Assembly (NCBI GenBank): GCA_043780435.1
Contig: JAYWCQ010000061.1
Span: forward strand, 1 to 32,443
DNA: 32,443 nt
Origin: Polaromonas sp.
Lineage (GTDB): Bacteria; Pseudomonadota; Gammaproteobacteria; Burkholderiales; Burkholderiaceae_C
Direction: 5' to 3'
Part shown: positions 26,782 to 32,443 of the stretch, piece by piece
Position numbering within the stretch: the first letter of the stretch is position 1
Layout: the number at the start of each line of letters is the position of its first letter
The notes under the pieces: model-generated
Told to the model about the DNA's origin: nothing
What the model saw: the letters and a program-made list of their open reading frames with translations, nothing else
Database searches by the model: none
Program-made: the position numbers and the translations under genes

Positions 26782-27501
26782 TTACGCTCCTGCTTTCTGT
26801 GTAATGGTACGTTTTTCGATGCGCTTTTCAGGCGTTGCGTTCAACACAATGCGGTGCACGTAAATGCCTGGCAAATGGATGTCGTCCGGTGCAAGTTCGC
26901 CCGTTTCAACGATTTTTTCAACTTCCACGATGCAAATCTTGCCAGCCATGGCAGCGGCGGGGTTGAAATTGCGGGCGGTTAAGTTGAAGCGCAAATTGCC
27001 GGCTTTGTCAGCCACATGTGCTTTCACCAAAGCCACGTCTGGGTTGAGTGCGCGTTCCATCACGAAAGTTTCTTTGACGCCATCCACTTCAAATTCGCGC
27101 AGCTCTTTGCCTTCGGCCACTAGCGTGCCCACGCCGGTTTTGGTAAAGAAAGCTGGAATGCCAGCGCCGCCAGCACGCAGCTTTTCGGCCAAAGTGCCTT
27201 GCGGTGTGAACTCCAAAGCCAATTCACTGGCTAAATATTGGCGCTCAAATTCTTTGTTTTCGCCCACGTAGCTGGAAATCATTTTTTTGATTTGGCGGGT
27301 TTCTAGCAATTTCCCCAAACCAAAGCCATCGACACCGGCATTGTTGGAAATCGCCGTGATGTTTTGCACGCCACTGGCAACGACAGCATCAATCAATGCT
27401 TCGGGAATGCCACACAAACCAAAACCGCCTACGGCTAATAGTTGGTTGTCTTTGATGACGCCTTGAAGCGCAGCAGCTGCGCTAGGATAAATTTTATTCA
27501 C
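26782..27501 (-). CDS. scoA: 3-oxoacid CoA-transferase subunit A
   Basis: 239 aa with the family pattern [17 protein letters not shown] ... ISNNAG ... [14 protein letters not shown]. It has a GTG start with AGGAG 5 nt upstream. Confidence 0.92.
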   Translation of the reverse strand: MNKIYPSAAAALQGVIKDNQLLAVGGFGLCGIPEALIDAVVASGVQNITAISNNAGVDGFGLGKLLETRQIKKMISSYVGENKEFERQYLASELALEFTPQGTLAEKLRAGGAGIPAFFTKTGVGTLVAEGKELREFEVDGVKETFVMERALNPDVALVKAHVADKAGNLRFNLTARNFNPAAAMAGKICIVEVEKIVETGELAPDDIHLPGIYVHRIVLNATPEKRIEKRTITQKAGA

Positions 27502-27562
27502 GGGAACTCCTGAAATTTAAAATCGAAAATAAGGATATGAAAATCTGCTGTGAGACTAAGGA

Positions 27563-28459
27563 TCAACGACCGGGCAAGTACTTGGCTGGATCGACTGGTT
27601 TGCCGTTACGACGCACTTCAAAGTGCAGCATCACGCGCTCTGCATCTGAGCTACCCATGTCGGCAATGCGTTGACCTTTACGCACGGTTTGGTCTTCTTT
27701 AACCAGCAGCGTTTGGTTGTGCGCATAAGCGGTGAGATAGGTTTCGTTGTGCTTCAAAATAACCAAGTTGCCGTAGCCACGCAAACCAGAGCCGGCGTAA
27801 ACAACGCGGCCGTCTGCGGATGCGTAAACAGGGTCGCCTAATTTTCCTGCGATTTTCAAACCCTTGCTTTTGATATCGTCGTAGCCAGATATCAATGAAC
27901 CAGAACTTGGCCACATCCAAGGAATGTCGTCTTCCGGTGTTACTGCAGATGCTACAGGTGGCGAAGGCTGTACTGGCGGCGGCAAAGGTGTCACGACAGC
28001 AGGTGCTGCGGGCGCAACAACCACAGGTGGCTTAGTTGCAGCGCCATTGCCATCAATCGGCACCACACGCAGCACTTGACCCACTTCAATTTGATTCGCG
28101 CTTTCTAAATTGTTCCACTTCACAATATCGCGCCAATTTTGATTGGTAGTGCGGCCAATTTGCATCACGGTGTCGCCAGGCTTCACTGTGTAATAGCCTG
28201 GCTTGCCGGCATGCTGAGAGTTCATCAAGTTATGCAGTGGTTTGCTATCAATTGGTGCAAGCACAGGCGCATCCAAACTTGGTTTGTTTGGGGCATTGAC
28301 GTTGCTGGAGCTACGGTCCTCCACTGGCGCACGCTTGGGCATGGGCGTAGAGCAACCAGCCAACTGTAAAGCTGCAGCAGAAAGCAAGACCATAGCACCA
28401 ACTTGCGAGAAACTTTGAATCTTTGATATCTTTTGAATCATCTGAATCATCTGAATCAT
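27563..28459 (-). CDS. nlpD: NlpD-like murein hydrolase activator lipoprotein (LysM plus M23 peptidase domain)
   Basis: It has the lipobox LQLAGC, a LysM domain (YTVKPGDTVMQIGRTT...VGQVLRV), a Pro-rich linker and a C-terminal M23 domain (GNLVILKHNETYLTAYAHN). The conserved surE-pcm-nlpD order supports the call. The exact start among three tandem ATGs is uncertain. Confidence 0.88.
   Translation of the reverse strand: MIQMIQMIQKISKIQSFSQVGAMVLLSAAALQLAGCSTPMPKRAPVEDRSSSNVNAPNKPSLDAPVLAPIDSKPLHNLMNSQHAGKPGYYTVKPGDTVMQIGRTTNQNWRDIVKWNNLESANQIEVGQVLRVVPIDGNGAATKPPVVVAPAAPAVVTPLPPPVQPSPPVASAVTPEDDIPWMWPSSGSLISGYDDIKSKGLKIAGKLGDPVYASADGRVVYAGSGLRGYGNLVILKHNETYLTAYAHNQTLLVKEDQTVRKGQRIADMGSSDAERVMLHFEVRRNGKPVDPAKYLPGR
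28433..28459 (-). repeat. 9-bp tandem repeat (ATGATTCAR x3) covering the nlpD start codon
   Basis: The plus strand reads TTGAATCAT CTGAATCAT CTGAATCAT at 28433-28459. This encodes MIQ-MIQ-MIQ with three in-frame ATGs. Confidence 0.85.
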
Positions 28460-28535
28460 CTTTTTTACCTAACTAATTTTTTCTGTTGCAATGATTCGTT
28501 TGTTTCAGAAACGAGTCATAAAGTTCAAGCCAATC

Positions 28536-29354
28536 TTAAATAACACCCGATTTTAATGGCACAAACTGCACAAGTTCCAATACTGTACGCTTCAATCCAG
28601 CCTCAGTTTTATCTACAACGACCAAAGATTGCTCGCCAGCCACTTTATTTGTAACAGGCGCCACGATACGCCCACCTACAGCCAATTGGTCTACCCACGC
28701 CTGCGGAATAGCATCGCCCCCCGCTGCGGCGATGATCCCCGTATAAGGGGCACCCTTGGGGAAACCCATCATGCCATCGCCAAACAACAAATGCGTATTT
28801 TTGATGCGAAATGGTCTGAAATTTTCGCGTGCTTTTTCGTACAAACCCGCGATCCGCTCAATACTGTAAACCTCTTGCGCGATATGGCTCAACACGGCAG
28901 CTTGGTAGCCGCAGCCCGTGCCGATTTCTAAAACTCGGCCCAAGGGGCCCGTTTTGCCTTCAAATAAGAGTTCAATCATGCGCGCCACGACGTTTGGCTT
29001 TGAAATCGTTTGCCCCCAGCCAATCGGCAAGCTGGTGTCCTCGTAGGCTTGGTTTGCTAAAGCGGTATCGACAAAACTGTGCCTGTGCGTGGCTTGCATG
29101 GCATTCAACACGCGTGCATCGGAGATGCCGTGGCTGGCTAATTTACTCACCATGCGTGCGCGAAAGGTGTTGGAATCCATGCCCAAGCCCTGTGGACTTG
29201 CTGGCACCACAAGCTGCGGCCTCGTAGCACTGCTTGTTTTAACGGGTTGCACGATCTGTACGGCTGGTCTTTGCGGATGCGTTTTCACGCCCGCGCCCAC
29301 CGACAAATCCATTTTTGCCGGAAAACTAGGTTTTACAAGAGATTTACCGTTCAT
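28536..29354 (-). CDS. pcm: Protein-L-isoaspartate O-methyltransferase with a long N-terminal extension
   Basis: Core motifs QTISKP, the SAM-binding [15 protein letters not shown], and GGRIVAPV are present. ATG at 29354 overlaps the surE TGA (ATGA). Internal starts (MDLSVG, MDSNTF) cannot be excluded. Confidence 0.85.
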   Translation of the reverse strand: MNGKSLVKPSFPAKMDLSVGAGVKTHPQRPAVQIVQPVKTSSATRPQLVVPASPQGLGMDSNTFRARMVSKLASHGISDARVLNAMQATHRHSFVDTALANQAYEDTSLPIGWGQTISKPNVVARMIELLFEGKTGPLGRVLEIGTGCGYQAAVLSHIAQEVYSIERIAGLYEKARENFRPFRIKNTHLLFGDGMMGFPKGAPYTGIIAAAGGDAIPQAWVDQLAVGGRIVAPVTNKVAGEQSLVVVDKTEAGLKRTVLELVQFVPLKSGVI

Positions 29355-30118
29355 GGCTTCACAAATTGGGAGGTCTGCTGTACCCAAGTAGCCAAAGCTT
29401 CATGGTTCGTTAAATCCGTTTTCAGCGGTGTCAAAGCCACATGGCCGAGGATGGTGGCATGAAAATCTGTGCCCTCTGAATCATCCTTCGCAGGGCCAGC
29501 CCCGCCTATCCAATACATGGTGCGGCCATGTGGTGTCGTTTGGGTAATCACTTTTTCAGCGGCATGCCTAGCACCCAAGCGGCACACTTTGGTCGCTTTG
29601 AGCTGGTCAAACGGTAAATTGGGCACATTCACGTTGAGCAACCACGGTGGCGCAGTTAAATTCGCCTCCCTCAATTTGATCAAATTCGCCACAATTTCTT
29701 TAGCTTTCAACGCGGCAGCATCAATATACTCCCAGCCTTTTTTGACCTGCGAAAACGCAATCGCCGGAACGCCAAACAAATAGCCTTCCATCGCCGCACC
29801 CACGGTGCCAGAGTAAATCGTGTCGTCCCCCATATTCGCACCGTTGTTGATGCCAGAGACGACCATGTCCGGCCTGTAGCCCAGCAAACCCGTCAGCGCA
29901 ATGTGCACACAGTCCGCTGGTGTGCCGTTGACGTACCTGAAACCGTTCGCGGCGGTTTCTACATGCAAGGGAGAATGCAGTGTCAGCGCATTGGATTTAG
30001 CGCTGTTGTTCACCTCTGGCGCGACCACTTCAACATCGGCAATCGTTTTAAGCGCCTCGTACAAAGCCACGATGCCGGGGGCTTGGTAGCCGTCGTCGTT
30101 TGAAATGAGTATTTTCAT
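29351..30118 (-). CDS. surE: 5'/3'-nucleotidase SurE
   Basis: Canonical N-terminus [16 protein letters not shown] from ATG 30118, followed by [12 protein letters not shown]. The ORF-track start at 30139 adds 7 residues with no support. Confidence 0.93.
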   Translation of the reverse strand: MKILISNDDGYQAPGIVALYEALKTIADVEVVAPEVNNSAKSNALTLHSPLHVETAANGFRYVNGTPADCVHIALTGLLGYRPDMVVSGINNGANMGDDTIYSGTVGAAMEGYLFGVPAIAFSQVKKGWEYIDAAALKAKEIVANLIKLREANLTAPPWLLNVNVPNLPFDQLKATKVCRLGARHAAEKVITQTTPHGRTMYWIGGAGPAKDDSEGTDFHATILGHVALTPLKTDLTNHEALATWVQQTSQFVKP

Positions 30119-30232
30119 AGATGTAAAAGTTAATAACACATTGTAGGTCGCTGCAGAGACAGAATCGGTATAGATTGACCGCTATCATGTCATTTTGATG
30201 TGATATTTAATGCTATTTTTAGGAAAAATCTT

Positions 30233-31216
30233 ATGCACGCATGGCTTTGTGAAAACCCGATCGGTATTGATGCTGTCACTTGGAAAGAACTCCCCACACC
30301 TGTACCTGCCGAAGGCCAAGTACTGATACAGATCAAAGCCGCCAGCCTGAACTTTCCCGACATCTTGATCGTTCAGAACAAATACCAGCACAAGCCCGCC
30401 CTGCCCTTTGTACCCGGATCTGAATACGCCGGCGTGATCGAAGCCGTCGGCCCGGGCGTGACGCACCTCAAAGTCGGCCAAAACGTGGCTTGTTTAAGCG
30501 GTACAGGTGGCTTTGGTACGCACACCCTTGCACCTGCAGCCATGTGTATGCCGCTGCCAGCGGGCTTTTCTTACGTGGATGCGGCAGCATTCATCATGAT
30601 TTATGCCACCTCGTACCACGCCTTGGTTGACCGCGCGCAGCTCAAAGCAGGCGAAACGGTGCTGATTTTGGGCGCTGCAGGCGGCGTCGGCACATCCGCC
30701 ATTCAAATCGCCAAAGCCATGGGCGCTCGAGTGATTGCCGCCGCCTCCAGCGACGAAAAATGCGCCCTGTGCAAGAGCATAGGCGCCGATGAAACCATCA
30801 ACTACGCCACTGAAAACCTGCGCGAACGCATCAAAGCGTTGACGGATGGCAAAGGCCCAGACGTGATTTACGACCCCGTAGGTGGCGAATACACCGAGCC
30901 CGCCTTCCGCAGCATCGCCTGGCGCGGTCGTTATTTGGTGGTTGGTTTTGCGGCGGGCCCGATTCCAGCACTGCCGTTCAACCTCATGCTGCTCAAAGGC
31001 GCCTCCGTCGTCGGTGTATTCTGGGGTGATTTTGCCAAAAAAGAACCCAAAGCCAACGCCGCCATGATGGCCGAACTGGCCATCTGGTACGCCAAAGGCA
31101 CCATCAAACCCGTCATCGACAGCACCATGCCCATGTCCGAACTCAAAGAAGCCTACGCTCACATGAGCTCCCGAGCCGTAAAAGGTAAGCTGGTGATGGT
31201 GAACGGCGAGAACTAA
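30233..31216 (+). CDS. NADPH:quinone oxidoreductase / zinc-independent MDR-family oxidoreductase
   Basis: Medium-chain dehydrogenase/reductase pattern (LNFPDILIVQNKYQ, GETVLILGAAGGVGTSAIQIAKAMGA, GKLVM at the C-terminus). ATG at 30233 has AGGA 8 nt upstream. The ORF-track start at 30200 is a GTG. Confidence 0.88.
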   Translation: MHAWLCENPIGIDAVTWKELPTPVPAEGQVLIQIKAASLNFPDILIVQNKYQHKPALPFVPGSEYAGVIEAVGPGVTHLKVGQNVACLSGTGGFGTHTLAPAAMCMPLPAGFSYVDAAAFIMIYATSYHALVDRAQLKAGETVLILGAAGGVGTSAIQIAKAMGARVIAAASSDEKCALCKSIGADETINYATENLRERIKALTDGKGPDVIYDPVGGEYTEPAFRSIAWRGRYLVVGFAAGPIPALPFNLMLLKGASVVGVFWGDFAKKEPKANAAMMAELAIWYAKGTIKPVIDSTMPMSELKEAYAHMSSRAVKGKLVMVNGEN

Positions 31217-31225
31217 GGCTATAAT
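31197..31225 (+). promoter_or_regulatory. Candidate promoter for tRNA-His
   Basis: A perfect TATAAT lies at 31220-31225, 11 nt before the tRNA 5' end. The -35 is weak (TGGTGA at 17 nt spacing) and sits inside the 3' end of the oxidoreductase gene. Confidence 0.4.
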
Positions 31226-31236
31226 CGAAGGCTTGC

Positions 31237-31313
31237 GGTGGCTGTAGCTCAGTTGGTAGAGTCCAGGATTGTGATTCCTGTTGTCGTGGGTTCGAGCCCC
31301 ATCAGCCACCCCA
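31237..31313 (+). tRNA. tRNA-His (anticodon GTG) with encoded G-1 and CCA
   Basis: Extra 5' G (31237) lies opposite discriminator C. The acceptor is GTGGCTG/CAGCCAC, and the anticodon stem CAGGA/TCCTG carries loop TTGTGAT. It is very similar to E. coli hisR as I recall it. Confidence 0.93.
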
Positions 31314-31325
31314 TATAAATAAACG

Positions 31326-31364
31326 AAAGCCTGCTATTTAATCAATAGCAGGCTTTTTTTGTTT
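31326..31364 (+). terminator. Rho-independent terminator downstream of tRNA-His
   Basis: An 11-bp perfect stem AGCCTGCTATT / AATAGCAGGCT (31328-31338 and 31344-31354) with a 5 nt loop is followed by TTTTTTTGTTT. Confidence 0.85.
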
Positions 31365-31449
31365 ATAGCTTCATGTAGCCACCATGTAGCCATCAGTACA
31401 GACTTTTGTACCGTCTTGGTTCATAAGAATTTGTAAAGTCCCCATAGAT

Positions 31450-31974
31450 TCAAATCATCGTAGCAGTCTCAGGCTCTCCCATAAACACCGCTACATCAAT
31501 CGGGGTTAAAAATCCCTCTGTATCGGTTTGCTTCGTAGCCGTCATCCAAGCTTCGCGCCTGTCTTCATTCACCACGACTAGACTTCGCTTTTCGTCCCCT
31601 ACTCTTTGCATTCGCCCCAATATCGGGTGATCGTCTGCATTAATGGTCAGCATGGAAAATGAATCTAATATTTCACCCGTAGCTTTATCCGTCCAAGTGT
31701 CCCAAATCGCAGCGCAGGTATAAACCTCGTTGTCCATGCGCTTGATCGCCCAATTCACCGCCTTAGCCGTTTCCCAGCACGGTTCAAAGTAACGCACCAT
31801 AGGCACTAAGCAAAATTGACGCTTTGACCATGGAGTCCGATAACTAGGCTTTTCATGCACGGTTTCAGTACGGGCGTTATAGGACTTATTGGCAAAGCTG
31901 GCTTCTTTTGCCCATTGCAGACGCAAATTGAAATTTCGGCTAAAGAGACATAGCGGTCCTGGCCCGCGCTCCAA
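31450..31974 (-). pseudogene. SRAP (SOS-response-associated peptidase, YedK-like) gene lacking its N-terminal roughly 50 residues, including the catalytic Cys2
   Basis: Residues from LQWAKE onward match the family (YNARTETVHEKPSYR, CLVP, YFEPCWE, SMLTINADDHPILGRMQ, KRSLVVV). The family's MC(A/T/G)(N/R)Y N-terminus is absent. The ORF opens with a TTG and about 15 unrelated residues, and only 52 nt remain before the next gene. Confidence 0.55.
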
Positions 31975-32026
31975 AGCGGTCTTTAACGTCGGCGCTGTTT
32001 GGCGTCAACGGGAGCTGATTCGTGCT

Positions 32027-32443
32027 CTATTCGATTTTCTGCCACACGAGATGACCGCTCGCCTTTTTGGAAGGATCCTTTACCGATGGCGCCCAATCAG
32101 TGATGAAGATCAATTTGTCGCCCTCGACGCTCCAGTTGCGGCTTTGTTTTGTACCTGTCCAAGCCTGGTTCCAGGAAACTTCTACGCTAGTGATTAGTTT
32201 AGAGCCTTCAATCGTGTAAGGCCCAGAATAAGCAATAATTGAATTGAAAAGCGCTAACTTTGCGTCCGCAGTGTTGCCTGCCTTTCTATCCGCGGAAACA
32301 AGAATCGACGTAAAAAGTTTGGGTGTAATAACCGAATAGCCAACCGGCAGCGCTCCCAAGAAATCGTAAGAGGTGCCATCCTCAAATTTCGATGTAAACG
32401 AAATGAGTTTGTATGTCCCAACTAGACTCTGCGCTGCGGCATT
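32027..32443 (-). CDS. Lipocalin-like domain protein, 5' end beyond the window
   Basis: The reading frame stays open upstream of the ORF-track start (32359) to the window edge (NAAAQSLVGTYKLISFTSKFEDGTSYDF...). The pattern LVGT(W/Y)KL.S ... AYSGPY...G ... W.G..Q.R...EGD.L is typical of lipocalin-like (PF13924-type) proteins. Confidence 0.6.
   Translation of the reverse strand, partial: NAAAQSLVGTYKLISFTSKFEDGTSYDFLGALPVGYSVITPKLFTSILVSADRKAGNTADAKLALFNSIIAYSGPYTIEGSKLITSVEVSWNQAWTGTKQSRNWSVEGDKLIFITDWAPSVKDPSKKASGHLVWQKIE

Noticed and set aside
29150-29354. The long Pro/Gln/Val-rich N-terminal extension of Pcm as a novel domain.
   Set aside because: Extended low-complexity N-termini on Pcm are, to my knowledge, common in Burkholderiales. 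Internal ATGs (MDLSVG, MDSNTF) could also be the true start, so nothing unusual can be claimed without alignment.
30494-31309. A 271-aa minus-strand ORF antisense to the quinone oxidoreductase gene and running through tRNA-His.
   Set aside because: This is a shadow ORF of a GC-rich gene. Its composition is Gly/His/Ala/Arg-biased, no family is recognisable, and it overlaps a bona fide tRNA.
31372-31393. The 11-bp tandem duplication as a bona fide att site derived from tRNA-His.
   Set aside because: Only two 7-nt matches to the tRNA 3' end are present, and they are in scrambled order. That could arise by chance, so it is kept only as supporting colour in the tRNA-His flank finding.

Overview
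This 32.4 kb window looks like mostly core chromosome of a betaproteobacterium. A Burkholderiales/Comamonadaceae-like origin is inferred from gene content and repeat type and is not proven.

Gene content, start to end:
- RluA-family pseudouridine synthase.
- A co-directional minus-strand block: galU, an 80-codon small membrane ORF, and a giant (about 2894 aa) cyclic beta-1,2-glucan synthase.
- A 41-codon SnoaL/NTF2-like remnant, a two-Rossmann flavoprotein and an N-formylglutamate-amidohydrolase-family gene.
- alaS preceded by a vapBC toxin-antitoxin cassette with a clear promoter/operator, then DUF3297 and a YebC-family regulator.
- A glutarate/lysine catabolic locus: family III CoA-transferase and gcdH on the minus strand, with a divergent LysR regulator and a gabD/davD-like dehydrogenase.
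- A secreted DsrE-like protein, tRNA-Gly(CCC), a small HExxH membrane protein and hppD, packed almost without gaps.
- scoAB, nlpD-pcm-surE, a quinone oxidoreductase and tRNA-His with its terminator.
- A 5'-truncated SRAP gene and a lipocalin-like gene that runs off the window end.

I found no recognisable defence system, CRISPR array, transposase or integrase, and no convincing new multi-gene system. The points most worth a second look are:
- the tRNA-Gly embedded in a gap-free gene string, with an ORF start codon 2 nt after its CCA;
- the uncharacterised tail-anchored Cys/His-rich ORF coupled to the glucan synthase;
- a REP-like repeat cluster with an 11-G run inside the gcdH/CoA-transferase operon;
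- a short repeat present twice in the window;
- a start-codon tandem repeat in nlpD;
- decay signs next to tRNA-His.

Many ORF-track starts were moved to internal ATGs on the basis of SD sequences or stop/start overlaps.
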